Shown one piece after another: positions 1 through 9,607 of a stretch of 54,277 nucleotides of DNA. Location: assembly GCA_964404305.1 (NCBI GenBank), contig CAYOJP010000001.1, positions 28,663 through 82,939 on the forward strand, read 5' to 3'. Within the stretch, counting starts at the first letter, position 1, and each line of letters starts with the position of its first letter. Both the position numbers and the translations under genes were made by a program. The notes below the pieces were generated by a model that saw nothing but the letters and a program-made list of their open reading frames with translations, had not been told where the DNA came from and did no database searches. This DNA is from an uncultured Gammaproteobacteria bacterium. GTDB taxonomy: Bacteria > Pseudomonadota > Gammaproteobacteria > JADZEE01.

Positions 1-1027
1 TGCGCACTGCCTTCTGGTCGACCTTGCCGCCCGCGAAGTCGTCGAACGCGCGCGCCGGCGGCGTGATCATGTGCTGCGCGACGAACTGCGCGCCTTCTTC
101 GGCGCCTTGCTGGCTGTCCTTGAAGCAGCACTCCCACTCGATCGTCGCCCAGCCCGCGTAGCCGTACTTGGTGAGCAACGAGAAGATCGCGGTGAAATCG
201 ACCTGGCCGTCGCCCGTGGAACGGAACCGGCCGGCGCGGTTCTGCCAGCTCTGGTAGCCGCCGTAGACGCCGACGCGGCCGTTGGGCCGGAACTCGGCGT
301 CCTTCACGTGGAAGCACTTGATGCGCTCGTGGTAGAGCTCGATGTACTCGAGGTAGTCGAGCTGCTGCAGGACGAAGTGGCTCGGGTCGTAGAGCAGGCA
401 GGCGCGCGCATGCTGGTCGGTGTGGTCGAGGAATGCCTCGTAGGACGCGCCGTCGTGCAGATCCTCGCCCGGGTGGACCTCGAACGCGCAGTCGACCCCG
501 CACTCGTCGGCGTAGTCGAGCAGCGGCCGCCAGCGCCGCGCCAGTTCCTTGAAGCCCTCTTCGACCAGCCCGGCCGGCCGCTGCGGCCACGGGTACATCG
601 TGTGCCACATCAGGGCGCCGCTGAACGTCGGCATCGCCTGCAGACCGAGGTGCTTGCTCGCCTGCAGGCAGAGCTTGACCTGCTCGCTGCCGTAGCGGCA
701 CATCGCCTCCGCCGTGTTCACCTCGGGCGGCGCGAAGTTCTGGAACATCGACGTGTAGGCCGGATGCACCGCGACGAGCTGGCCCTGCAGGTGCGTGCTC
801 AGTTCGCTGATCTCGACGCCGTTCGCGGCGGCCGTGCCCCGCAGCTCGTCGCAGTAGGCTTTGCTCGCCGCCGCCTTCTCGAGGTCGATGCAGCGGCGGT
901 CCCACGACGGCACCTGCACGCCGTTGTAGTCGAGCCCGGCGGCCCATCGGCACGCGGTGTCGAAGCGGTGGAAGGGCGGCTGATCGCCCATGAACTGCGC
1001 GAGGAAGATGCCTGGACCTTTCATCAT
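1..1027 (-). CDS. Sugar phosphate isomerase/epimerase (xylose-isomerase-like TIM barrel), C-terminus truncated by the window edge
   Basis: The gene is absent from the ORF track because it runs off the left edge. Manual reverse-strand translation from the ATG at 1027 gives MMKGPGIFLAQFMGDQPPFHRFDTACRWAAGLDYNGVQVPSWD...CAFEVHPGEDLHDG...LYDPSHFVLQQLDY...IKCFHVKDAEF...GWATIEWECCF. This shows the E/D/H/E ligand pattern of this TIM-barrel family. It lies 44 bp downstream of the Gfo/Idh/MocA gene on the same strand, a common pairing. Confidence 0.75.
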   Translation of the reverse strand, partial: MMKGPGIFLAQFMGDQPPFHRFDTACRWAAGLDYNGVQVPSWDRRCIDLEKAAASKAYCDELRGTAAANGVEISELSTHLQGQLVAVHPAYTSMFQNFAPPEVNTAEAMCRYGSEQVKLCLQASKHLGLQAMPTFSGALMWHTMYPWPQRPAGLVEEGFKELARRWRPLLDYADECGVDCAFEVHPGEDLHDGASYEAFLDHTDQHARACLLYDPSHFVLQQLDYLEYIELYHERIKCFHVKDAEFRPNGRVGVYGGYQSWQNRAGRFRSTGDGQVDFTAIFSLLTKYGYAGWATIEWECCFKDSQQGAEEGAQFVAQHMITPPARAFDDFAGGKVDQKAVR

Positions 1028-1071
1028 GTGGGAGCCTCGGACGTGGAGAACGGGAACTCGGCAGCGGGCCG

Positions 1072-2238
1072 TCAGCGGCCGATCTTGACCCAGCCGCCCT
1101 GCTTGCAGGACTGCAGCGCGGCTTCGAGCACCCGCTGCACGGCGACGCCGTCCTGGAAGTCCGGCGCGAACGCCTCGCCGCTGTGCAAGGCGCGCACGAA
1201 GTCGACGACGTGGTGCACGAAGGTGTGCTCGTAGCCGACGATGTGGCCGTCGGGCCACCAGTTCGAGGCGTACGGATGGACGGCGTCCATGCACATCACG
1301 GTGCGGAAGCCCTGCCCGTCGCGCGCATCGGCGAACGAGAACACCTCGAGCTCGTTCATGCGCTCGAGGTTCCAGCGCAGCGCGCCCTTCTCGCCGGAGA
1401 TCTCGATGCAGTTGTGGTTCTTGCGGCCGGGCGCGGTGCGCGTGGCCTCGAAGGTGCCGATCGCGCCGCCCTTGAACTTCGCCAGGAAGCAGAAGGCGTC
1501 GTCGACGTCCACCTTCTGCACGCCGCCGCGGCCGTCGGGCCGTTCCTTGGTGAACGTCTGCTGCACGCCGCACACCGCCTCGAACTCGAGTCCGCACAGG
1601 GCGCGGGTGAGGTCGATCAGGTGCGCATTGAGGTCGCCGTGCGCGCCGCTGCCGCAGGCCTTCCGGCTGGTCCGCCAGCTCGCCTGCACCGTGCCGTCGG
1701 CGAGCCAGTCCTGCAGGTAGACGGCCCGCACCTGCCGCACCGCGCCGAGGTCGCCGCGGGCGATCATGCGCGCCGCGAGCTGCGTCGCCGGCGCGCGCCG
1801 GTAGTTGTGCCAGAGGCCGACGCGCACCTTCTGCTTCTTCGCGAGCGCCGCCATCTCGGTCGCTTGCGCGACGGTCATCGCCAGCGGCTTCTCGCACAGC
1901 ACATGCTTCTTGCGGCGCAGGGCAGCCATCGTGATCGAGAAGTGGCTGTCGTTGGGCGTGGCGACGTCGACGAGATGCGTGGCCGGATCATCGAGCACGG
2001 CCTCGAGGTCGGTCGTCGCACCGGAGAAGCCGAGTTTCTGCGCCGCCGCCTCGGCGCGCGCCTGATCGCGGCCGACGATCACCGCGGGCACGATGCGGAA
2101 CGGCAGGTCGAAGAAGCGGTTGGCCTGCCGCCAGGCGTTGCCGTGCGCCCGGCCCATGAAGGCGTGGCCGACCATGGCGACGTTGAGCACCGGCAGTTCG
2201 CGGGCGACGGGAGCGGCGGGCGTGGATGGGAGGCTCAT
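1072..2238 (-). CDS. Gfo/Idh/MocA family NAD(P)-dependent oxidoreductase
   Basis: The 388 aa ORF has an N-terminal Rossmann motif (LNVAMVGHAFMGRAHGNAW) and the EKP motif (HVLCEKPLAMT). The C-terminal alpha/beta domain is typical of the family. Confidence 0.9.
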   Translation of the reverse strand: MSLPSTPAAPVARELPVLNVAMVGHAFMGRAHGNAWRQANRFFDLPFRIVPAVIVGRDQARAEAAAQKLGFSGATTDLEAVLDDPATHLVDVATPNDSHFSITMAALRRKKHVLCEKPLAMTVAQATEMAALAKKQKVRVGLWHNYRRAPATQLAARMIARGDLGAVRQVRAVYLQDWLADGTVQASWRTSRKACGSGAHGDLNAHLIDLTRALCGLEFEAVCGVQQTFTKERPDGRGGVQKVDVDDAFCFLAKFKGGAIGTFEATRTAPGRKNHNCIEISGEKGALRWNLERMNELEVFSFADARDGQGFRTVMCMDAVHPYASNWWPDGHIVGYEHTFVHHVVDFVRALHSGEAFAPDFQDGVAVQRVLEAALQSCKQGGWVKIGR

Positions 2239-2286
2239 GGCGTACGGGCACGATAGACACCGCCCACCGGCCGCCGCCAGCAGCCG

Positions 2287-5200
2287 CTAGCGCGATCCGC
2301 CGAACAGCACGCGCACGTTGCGGTCGCCGGACGAGGTCGTGTTCCAGCCGAGGAACAGGTCGAGCACCCCGTCGCGGTTCCAGTCGCCGAGGTCGATCGC
2401 CATGCGGCCGTCGCGGTTGCCGACGCGCGAAGGCGAGACGAACACCGGGTCCTCGAACACGCCGGGATCGGCCTGCAGGTAGAACGCCACCGACGTGCTG
2501 CGCACGCTGCCCGACATCGATTCCACCGTGGCGATCGCGTCGATGCTGCCGTCGCCGTTGACGTCGCCGAGCCGCAGCGCCATCGGCGCGCCCGGCGCGA
2601 GCGGCTTGGGCGACGCCAGGCTCTCGAAGAACCGGCCCAGCTCGACGTGACCCTGCAGACCGCTCGGCGGTGCGATGTTGCGCAGCACCCGCAGCGTGCT
2701 GTCGCCGGCCGCCGCGACGAGCAGGTCGATCAGCCCGTCGTCGTCGAAGTCGTCGGCCTCGATCTGCGTGGGCTTGCTGCCGGCCTGCAGCACCTGCGGT
2801 CCCCCGGCCGCGGCGCTCGGTTCGAAGCGGTCGTGCTCGGGCGAAGCGCCGGCCACGTAGCGGAAGAACCGCACGTGGTCGCCATCCGCCCCGCCGGCAG
2901 TGGTGCCCTCGGGCACGGCGACCGCGAGTTCGAGGCGGCGCGGCAGGCCGGGCCCCGCGGCCGCGAAGTCGCCGAGCGCGATCGACGAAGCCTTGCCGTG
3001 CACCGGCTGCAGCGACGTCGGCACGAAGAACGGCAGTTCGGTCGGCGCCGGCTGCGACTTGCCGCGCAGCAGCGCGATCAGGGCGTCGCCTTCGCCCTGG
3101 GCCGGCAGCAAAAAGCGCATCAGCACGACGAGGTCGAGCACGCCGTCGCCATCGACGTCCGCCAGCCGCGCCCGCGTCGCGTCGCTGAGCGCAGCGGTGC
3201 GCAGGTGCGGCGCGAGGCTCGCCAGCCGCAGTTCACCGCCGAGATGGGTCGGCGGCTGCGTGGTGAGGCCCCCGGGCTCGTGCCGCCAGGTGCCGACGCG
3301 CGATCGATCATCGAGGAACAGCAGGCTGTCGACCGAGGCCCCCGACGCGGGCAGCAGGAGCAGCGTCGACGGCAGCAGACCGGCGGCCGCCAGATGGTTG
3401 CTTGGCCGCGGGAAGCCGCCAAAGCCGTCGTTCTCCAGCAGATCGACCTCGCCCGTCCGCGCCAGCGCGAGGTCGCGCACGCTGCCGGCTCCGGCGACGC
3501 TGATGGCGTGGAAGTCGCCGCCGACGATGCCCTCCACCGTGCTGCCCCACGCCGCGCCGGCATCGGGCGGCAGCAGCGTCAGCGACTGCGTCTGGCTGTG
3601 CGCGAACAGCAGACGCGTCGACAGGCGCCGTTCGCGGGCCCCGTCGATCTCGCTCTCGTGCACGACGAACACGGCCTTGGCTTCGCCCGTCAGCGGCGTT
3701 GCCGGGAACGCGCGACCGAAGTGCAGCGCGGTGATCTGGCGCGGCTGCTCGGCGCCCGTCTCGATGCCGCCGGGGATGAACTGGAAGCGCGCGCCGTTGT
3801 AGCGCAGCAGCGCGAGCGAGGCGAAGCTCGGTTCGCCGCGGATGCCGACCGCGATTTCGAGCGTGTTGCTCTGGTCGAGGTCCGCAGCGAGGCTGGCGCC
3901 GAGCTGGTTGCCGCCGATCACCTGCACGTCCTGTGCGGTGGGCGCCGCGAACGCGCGCGGCGCCGGCTGGTGCAGCACGGCGATGGCCGGCTGCGTGGCC
4001 GGCAACGGGTCCGCACCGGCGAACACGATCGCCAGCGACTGCAGGATGCCGTCGGCGCAGGCATGCAGCCCCACCGCCACCGACTCCGGCGCCGCCGTGT
4101 AGCCGGGAACGGTGAAGTCCACCGGCACGCCGGCGTCGAACGTGCCATCGCCGCGGCCGAACGCGACATCCATCTGCAGCGTGGTGCCGCTCACCACCGC
4201 GATGTCGGCGAACCCGTCGCCGTCGAGGTCCGTGATCTCGATCGCCTCGTACGGAAAGCTCCGCACCGGCAGGAAGATCGGCGCCGCGAACGCCGGCAGG
4301 CCGGGGCCTGCCGGACGCGCCAGTCGCACCTGCGGGCGCAGCCCGGCTGGCGCATTCGGCCCGGGCACCAGCAACAGGTCGGGCAGCGTGTCGCCGTCGA
4401 GGAAGGCGGCGCGGCAACGCCAGGAGCCCGGTTCGCCCGGAACCCGATGCACGGCACCCAGCGGCGCCTGCGGCTTGGCCTGGCCGAGCACCAGGTGGTG
4501 CACAGCGGTGGCCGCCCCTTCGTTGGCGATGAGCAGGTCGGGCACCTGGTCGCCGTCGAAGTCGCCGGTGCACAGGTCGCGGGGCGCCCGTTCGGCGGTG
4601 ACTTCCGGATCGCCGATGCGGCGGCGCGCGCCAAACCGCTGGAACATGCCGTTCTCCTGCGCGAGCAGCAGGTGAAGGAAACCGACCCCGGCCTCGGCCG
4701 TCAGCACCCCGAAGTCCGGCGCATCGTCGCCGCCCGGCGCCGCATCGAGCGCGATCGGCGCCACCGCGACCGGCTGCGAGTCGAGCACCGCGCCGCGCGG
4801 ACCGAAGAACGGATGCGGGTTGGCGAACAAGAACACCTGGCTCGCGACGACGTCGGCCTGCACGGTCTCGAGGTGCGTGCGCAGCACGATGTCGACCTGC
4901 CCGGGCCGGCCGTCCGGCGAGGCGGGCATCCGGAACACCAGCCGATCGCGATCCGACAGGTCGACCCGCAGATCCTCGCGCGGCAGCGGGGTCACGCGGC
5001 CGCCCTTGCGGAACAGCAGTTCGACGGCGTCGAACGCCAGCGGCGCCGGGCTGCCGACGGCGAAGTCGCGCGGCACCAGGGCGGTGCCGATCAGCGTGAC
5101 GAGATTGCCGCCGGTCGTGGGTCCCTGGCGCGGCAGCGCCAGGGCGATGTCGGGCCGGTAGTAGGCGTTCTCGGCGATCGTCGACTGGCCAGCGACCGCG

Positions 5201-5946
5201 TCGCGCACGAACAGCGACACGCCGTCCGGGAAGCTGTTGCCGGGCACGCTCGCCGTCACCAGGACCGCGCCGGGCACCGCCGAGGGCGCGAGCGTCACTC
5301 CGGTGCACTGCCGCGTGATCGTCGCCGTCTCGCCGCTCGCCGTGCTGGCTCCCGGGTCGCGGGTGGTGACGAGCATCTGCACGCTGGCGGCATCGGTGCT
5401 GCGCAGCCCGGTCACCAGCATGGCCACGGCCTGACCGGCCGGCGACAGCGGCAGCACGGTGGCGCCGGGGTCGAGGACCAGCGTCGCGAGCGGCTGCCGC
5501 ACCAGCACGATGGGCAGCGGCGCAGCCACCGCGCGGCCGTCGACCAGCACGCGGAACAGGCCGGGGTGGTCGCTCGCCGTCGGATCGCCGATCGCCGCGA
5601 CGATCGCCGCGGTCTGCAGCGTGAAGGTGACGACCGTCGAACCGCCCTGGCCCGAAACGGTCGGGTTGCGCTGCTCGACGACGACGCCCGCCGCCTCGAT
5701 CTGCACGCGCAGCTGCGCGCTCGCCGGGATCTGGGCGTTGGTCACGACCACCGAGCGGGTGCTGCTCTCGACCGGCACCAGGGGCAAGAGCGGCGACAGG
5801 CTGAGTTCCGGCGGCCGCACTTCCGCAGGCGGGCTGCTGCGCTGGTTGGTGGTGATCCCGGTGATCAGCCCGGCCCCGCAGCCCGACGCGGCGATCGCCA
5901 CGCCGACGCAGACGACAATACGGAGGATCGCGAGAGCAGCACGCAT
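2287..5946 (-). CDS. Very large FG-GAP/VCBS-repeat lipoprotein (integrin-alpha-like beta-propeller repeats plus Ig-like N-terminal region)
   Basis: Calcium-binding FG-GAP signatures recur: DFDGDQVPDLLI, DLDGDGFADIAVV, DVDGDGVLDLVV, DFDDDGLIDLLVAA, DVNGDGSIDAIA and DWNRDGVLDLFLG. The internal ATG at 5946 gives MRAALAILRIVVCVGVAIAASGC, a signal peptide plus lipobox. The track ORF start at 6003 is the alternative. Confidence 0.8.
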   Translation of the reverse strand: MRAALAILRIVVCVGVAIAASGCGAGLITGITTNQRSSPPAEVRPPELSLSPLLPLVPVESSTRSVVVTNAQIPASAQLRVQIEAAGVVVEQRNPTVSGQGGSTVVTFTLQTAAIVAAIGDPTASDHPGLFRVLVDGRAVAAPLPIVLVRQPLATLVLDPGATVLPLSPAGQAVAMLVTGLRSTDAASVQMLVTTRDPGASTASGETATITRQCTGVTLAPSAVPGAVLVTASVPGNSFPDGVSLFVRDAVAGQSTIAENAYYRPDIALALPRQGPTTGGNLVTLIGTALVPRDFAVGSPAPLAFDAVELLFRKGGRVTPLPREDLRVDLSDRDRLVFRMPASPDGRPGQVDIVLRTHLETVQADVVASQVFLFANPHPFFGPRGAVLDSQPVAVAPIALDAAPGGDDAPDFGVLTAEAGVGFLHLLLAQENGMFQRFGARRRIGDPEVTAERAPRDLCTGDFDGDQVPDLLIANEGAATAVHHLVLGQAKPQAPLGAVHRVPGEPGSWRCRAAFLDGDTLPDLLLVPGPNAPAGLRPQVRLARPAGPGLPAFAAPIFLPVRSFPYEAIEITDLDGDGFADIAVVSGTTLQMDVAFGRGDGTFDAGVPVDFTVPGYTAAPESVAVGLHACADGILQSLAIVFAGADPLPATQPAIAVLHQPAPRAFAAPTAQDVQVIGGNQLGASLAADLDQSNTLEIAVGIRGEPSFASLALLRYNGARFQFIPGGIETGAEQPRQITALHFGRAFPATPLTGEAKAVFVVHESEIDGARERRLSTRLLFAHSQTQSLTLLPPDAGAAWGSTVEGIVGGDFHAISVAGAGSVRDLALARTGEVDLLENDGFGGFPRPSNHLAAAGLLPSTLLLLPASGASVDSLLFLDDRSRVGTWRHEPGGLTTQPPTHLGGELRLASLAPHLRTAALSDATRARLADVDGDGVLDLVVLMRFLLPAQGEGDALIALLRGKSQPAPTELPFFVPTSLQPVHGKASSIALGDFAAAGPGLPRRLELAVAVPEGTTAGGADGDHVRFFRYVAGASPEHDRFEPSAAAGGPQVLQAGSKPTQIEADDFDDDGLIDLLVAAAGDSTLRVLRNIAPPSGLQGHVELGRFFESLASPKPLAPGAPMALRLGDVNGDGSIDAIATVESMSGSVRSTSVAFYLQADPGVFEDPVFVSPSRVGNRDGRMAIDLGDWNRDGVLDLFLGWNTTSSGDRNVRVLFGGSR

Positions 5947-6017
5947 CGGCGGATGTCGAAGTCTACCCCGAAGCGGCGGCCGACGTGGTCGCCACGATCG
6001 CATCGGCGGTTGCCCGC

Positions 6018-7421
6018 TCAGCCGAGGCGCACGGTGCCCAGTCGCCCGGCCGGATCGCAGTGGCCCGCAAGCACCCGGCAGAGCGCCTTCACGGCGCCGT
6101 CGGTGTACAGGTCGTAGTAACGCTGGTTGTGCGGGCCGACGCCGTGCTCCGCGGAGTAGCTGCCGCAGAAGCCGCGCACGGCGAGTTCATAGATGCGCGG
6201 CTGCAGCAGCGCGATGACGTCGGCGGCGGGGCGGCCGGCGGCGGCCTCGTTCCACAGCAGATTCAGGTGCGTGCCGCCATCGCCCCAATGGCCGTAGTCG
6301 CACAGCGCGACGAACGGGAACTCGGCCGCGAGCAGCGCCTGCACGGCCGCCGTGAACGCGGGCAATTGCGACCGCGGCACGCTGACGTCGAACGCGAGCA
6401 TCTTGCCCTGGCAACGCAGGCTCTCGCTGATGTGGTGCCGCATCTGCCAGAACTCGTCGCCCTTGCCGAGCAGCACGTCCTGCACGTCGTCGCCGGCGGT
6501 TTCGAGGTGCGCCACCAGCCGCGCCTGCAGCACGTCGCCGAGCCCGATCACCCCGGCCGGCAGGGTCGTGGCCAGTTCGACGAGCACGCTGTAGGGCGGC
6601 AATTCGGCGAACGGCCGGCGCAGGCCGGGCTGATGGGCGAACACCGGCGCGAGGGCCGCGCGGCTCATCACTTCGAACGCGCTCAGCACGTCGGCCAGTT
6701 CCGCTTCGAGCGCCGCCAGCAGTCCGAGCACCGCCTCGCCGCTCCGGCAGGCCACCAGCGCCACTGCCCGCTGGCGCGGCAGCGGTGCGACCTGCAGCAC
6801 TGCGCGGGTGACGATGCCGAACACCCCGCTCGTGCCGACGAACAGGTGCTTGCTGTCGAGGCCGGTGTTGTTCTTGCGCAGGCGGTTGAGAACCGAGACG
6901 ACGCGGCCGTCGCCGAGCACGACTTCGACGCCGAGCAGGTTGTGCCGCACGTCGCCGTACTTGAGCAGCCGCGTGCCGCCGGTGTTGGTCGCCACCATGC
7001 CGCCGATCTGCGGGTCGGCGCCGAGGTCGACCGGGAACCAGCAGCCGTGCGGCGCGAGCGCCTCGTTGAGCTGGCTCAACAGCACGCCGCCGTCGACCAG
7101 CGCCGTGCGTCCCGGCAGATCGAGGTCGATCGTGCGGTTCATGCGCTCGAGGCTCAGCACCACCATGCTGCCGCTCTCGTCGGGCGTCGACGCGGCGACG
7201 AGGCCCGAGTTGGCGCCCTGCGCGACGACGCGCGCGCCGTGCTGGCCGCACAGCCGCAGGGCGGCGGACACTTCCGCCGTCGACGCCGGCCGCACCACGC
7301 AGCGCGCCGTGCCCCGGCCGTACCGCCAGCCGGTCTCGAAGCGCGCCCGGTCCTCCGGGGCCACCAGCACGGCCTGTTCACCGAGCGCTGCCGCGAGCGC
7401 CTGCACGAGTGCGTCGGTCAT
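6018..7421 (-). CDS. FAD-linked oxidase (GlcD / D-lactate / D-2-hydroxyglutarate dehydrogenase family)
   Basis: Only the C-terminal 467 aa of the 807 aa track ORF is real, starting at the ATG at 7421 (MTDALVQALAAALGEQAVLV...). FAD_binding_4-type motifs are present (VVAQGANSGLV, GGMVATNTGG, GTSGVFGIVT), followed by a C-terminal FAD-oxidase domain (YGHWGDGGTHLNL, SAEHGVG). The upstream part of the track ORF overlaps the DUF1338 gene out of frame. Confidence 0.85.
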   Translation of the reverse strand: MTDALVQALAAALGEQAVLVAPEDRARFETGWRYGRGTARCVVRPASTAEVSAALRLCGQHGARVVAQGANSGLVAASTPDESGSMVVLSLERMNRTIDLDLPGRTALVDGGVLLSQLNEALAPHGCWFPVDLGADPQIGGMVATNTGGTRLLKYGDVRHNLLGVEVVLGDGRVVSVLNRLRKNNTGLDSKHLFVGTSGVFGIVTRAVLQVAPLPRQRAVALVACRSGEAVLGLLAALEAELADVLSAFEVMSRAALAPVFAHQPGLRRPFAELPPYSVLVELATTLPAGVIGLGDVLQARLVAHLETAGDDVQDVLLGKGDEFWQMRHHISESLRCQGKMLAFDVSVPRSQLPAFTAAVQALLAAEFPFVALCDYGHWGDGGTHLNLLWNEAAAGRPAADVIALLQPRIYELAVRGFCGSYSAEHGVGPHNQRYYDLYTDGAVKALCRVLAGHCDPAGRLGTVRLG

Positions 7422-7453
7422 CGCGCCCACCGTATCCGCCCGCTGCGCCCGAC

Positions 7454-8485
7454 TCACTGGCGCGAAGTCATCTTGAAGATCGCGGTGGCGTTGCCGCTGT
7501 CGAAGCGCAGATCGAGCACCCCCGGCGACTCCTCGTCGCGCGCGATGAACTCGTGGAACGAGCCCGGCACGACCTCGCTCTTCAGCGATCCGTCGGCGGC
7601 GACGAACAGCCGTTCGACCATCGCGGCGCGGAATGCCGTCTGCCGCACGCGGCCGCTCGCCGACACCTCGACCTCGGGCTTCACGGGCCGGCCGCGGCGG
7701 CGCTGTCTTTCGGCCACGGCGGCGACATCGGCGACCCGGTCGGTGGCGTGGTTGAAGGCGTTGCCTTCGGTGGCGATCCAGGCCATCTCCTTCGACTCGG
7801 CGAGGAGCAGTTCGTAGTCCGACCACCGCGGTTCGGCGTGGTGGCGGTCGAAACACGCGCAGAGGTTGGGCAGCAGGCGCAGCGCATCGGCGGCGCCGAT
7901 CGCGCCGTGCAGGGCGAGGCCCGCGAGCAGGGGCGGGGCCCACGCCGGCAGGGGATCGCGCGAGTCGCCCACGACCCGCCGCACCGCGGCCTGGAACGGG
8001 GCGCTGAACCGCTCGGGGTGCAATTCGCTGAGGAAGAACTGCGCGACCGACTCGGGCAGGTCGCGGTGCGCGTAGGCGCGGCCGGTCATGCCGAGCCGCT
8101 CGAGCGGGTAGACGCCGCGGCACTCGAAGCCCAGCGGCACCAACAGGCGCCGGAACGCGGCTTCGCCGGCCGGCAGCGCGCCGCACGGCGCCGCCACCGT
8201 GCGCAGGGCACCGTGGTCGAACACCAGTTTCTGGCCGTCGCGCACGGCCTCGGCGACGTACGCGCCGGCCATCGGCACGCGCCGCGTGACGTCCTCGAAC
8301 AGCAGCATCGTCAGCGCCTGCGCCAGTTCGACCCGGCTCACCTCGCCGCTGCGCGCCCGCACGAGCGAGGGGTGGATCCAGAGCGACTCGCACAAGCGCA
8401 CGGTGCGCACCGTGCCGACCACTCCTTCGAGCAGCATCCACAGGTTCGAGTCATGCAGGTTCGGAATCATCATGGCTGTCCTCAC
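7454..8485 (-). CDS. DUF1338 family metalloenzyme (HglS / YdcJ-like 2-oxoadipate dioxygenase-decarboxylase family)
   Basis: The 343 aa ORF carries the family His/His/Glu ligand motifs as I recall them: FDHGALRT, FNHATDRV and HEFIARD. It lies directly upstream of the FAD oxidase on the same strand (32 bp gap) and is divergent from a LysR gene. Confidence 0.65.
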   Translation of the reverse strand: MRTAMMIPNLHDSNLWMLLEGVVGTVRTVRLCESLWIHPSLVRARSGEVSRVELAQALTMLLFEDVTRRVPMAGAYVAEAVRDGQKLVFDHGALRTVAAPCGALPAGEAAFRRLLVPLGFECRGVYPLERLGMTGRAYAHRDLPESVAQFFLSELHPERFSAPFQAAVRRVVGDSRDPLPAWAPPLLAGLALHGAIGAADALRLLPNLCACFDRHHAEPRWSDYELLLAESKEMAWIATEGNAFNHATDRVADVAAVAERQRRRGRPVKPEVEVSASGRVRQTAFRAAMVERLFVAADGSLKSEVVPGSFHEFIARDEESPGVLDLRFDSGNATAIFKMTSRQ

Positions 8486-8575
8486 GCGGTCGTTGCCGGG
8501 CCCAGGGTCCGCCGCCGGGGGCGGCTCCGGGCACGCGCGTCGCAGGCGTCACCGCCGGGAATCGCGGCCCCGAGG

Positions 8576-8595
8576 TGCAGAAGGGTAGCTCTGCA
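8576..8595. promoter_or_regulatory. Perfect dyad TGCAGA-N8-TCTGCA in the divergent DUF1338 / LysR intergenic region (candidate LysR-type operator)
   Basis: The dyad was read directly: TGCAGA at 8576-8581 and TCTGCA at 8590-8595. It lies between divergently transcribed genes, where LysR regulators usually bind T-N11-A-type dyads. Confidence 0.3.
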
Positions 8596-8603
8596 TCGAC
8601 CGC

Positions 8604-9590
8604 GTGCCGCCTGCGGCGAGCACGACTTTCTCGCATGACTTCATGCGCTATGCTCATGAAGTGACCCGATCGCTCCCTGCCACCGCAGCCTTGCAGGCCT
8701 TCGAGTCGGCTGCGTTCCACGCGAGCATCACCGGCGCCGCCCGCGAACTGCACCTGACGCAGAGCGCGGTCAGCCGGCAGATCCAGGGCCTCGAGGAGCA
8801 CCTCGGCACGGCGCTGTTCCACCGCGAGCGCCAGCGCATCCGGCTGACGGCGGCCGGCGTGCACTACCTCGAACACGTGCGCGCCGCGTTCGACCGGCTC
8901 GAGGCAGCGGCGCTCGGGCTGCGCACGCTCGCCCGCGGCGGCGGGGTGCTGAACCTCGCCATCCTGCCGACCTACGGCACCGTCTGGCTGATGCCACGCT
9001 TCGCGACGTTCGCCGAACAGCACGCGGCGATCGCGGTGCATTTCACCACGCGCCTGCATCCCTTCGACTTCGCCGGGGAGGATCTCGACGCGGCGATCCA
9101 CTACGGCGAACGGCACTGGCCCGGCTGCCTGCTCGACCCGCTGATGAGCGAGGAGGTGCTGGTCGCATGCAGCCCCGCCTACCGGGAGAAGCACCGCCTG
9201 CGCACCCCCGATGACCTGCGGCGCGCGGCGCTGCTGCAGATCACGTCGCGGCCGCACGGCTTCACCGACTGGCTGGCGCACCACGGCATTCAAGGCGTCG
9301 ACGGCCGCCGCGGCGCGCGCTTCGAACACCACGCGATGGTGCTGCAGGCCGCGATCGCCGGTCTCGGCGTCGCCCTGCTGCCGGCGTTCGTCGCCGCGGC
9401 CGACCTCGCCGCGGGCCGCATCGAGGAACCGTTTCCCGGCACGCGCCTCGTCACGGGCAAGGGCTACTGGCTCTGTTACCCCGAGGCGAGGGCGACGCTG
9501 CCGGCGCTCGCGTCGTTCCGCGACTGGCTGCTGCGCGCCCACGGCAGAGACCCCGCCCTGGCACCGGTCGCCTCGACGGCCCCCGGATAG
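8604..9590 (+). CDS. LysR family transcriptional regulator (GcvA-like)
   Basis: An N-terminal wHTH is present (LQAFESAAFHASITGAARELHLTQSAVSRQIQGLEEHLGTALFHRERQRIRLTAAG), followed by a LysR substrate-binding domain. An alternative start is the ATG at 8643. The gene is divergent from the DUF1338 gene. Confidence 0.85.
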   Translation: MPPAASTTFSHDFMRYAHEVTRSLPATAALQAFESAAFHASITGAARELHLTQSAVSRQIQGLEEHLGTALFHRERQRIRLTAAGVHYLEHVRAAFDRLEAAALGLRTLARGGGVLNLAILPTYGTVWLMPRFATFAEQHAAIAVHFTTRLHPFDFAGEDLDAAIHYGERHWPGCLLDPLMSEEVLVACSPAYREKHRLRTPDDLRRAALLQITSRPHGFTDWLAHHGIQGVDGRRGARFEHHAMVLQAAIAGLGVALLPAFVAAADLAAGRIEEPFPGTRLVTGKGYWLCYPEARATLPALASFRDWLLRAHGRDPALAPVASTAPG

Positions 9591-9607
9591 CATCCCCCCG
9601 CCTTGCC

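Noticed and set aside
2647-6117. 1,156 aa + strand ORF (and the nested 666 aa - strand ORF 3308..5308) overlapping the FG-GAP gene
   Set aside because: The translations are Arg/Ala/Gly/Pro/His-rich low-complexity sequence with no motifs. They are antisense or out of frame to a gene with clear repeat motifs. These are typical GC-driven shadow ORFs.
6018-8441. 807 aa ORF apparently spanning both the FAD oxidase and the DUF1338 region
   Set aside because: The N-terminal ~340 aa is Arg/Ala/Pro junk overlapping the well-supported DUF1338 gene in another frame. The real protein starts at the ATG at 7421 (MTDALVQ...).
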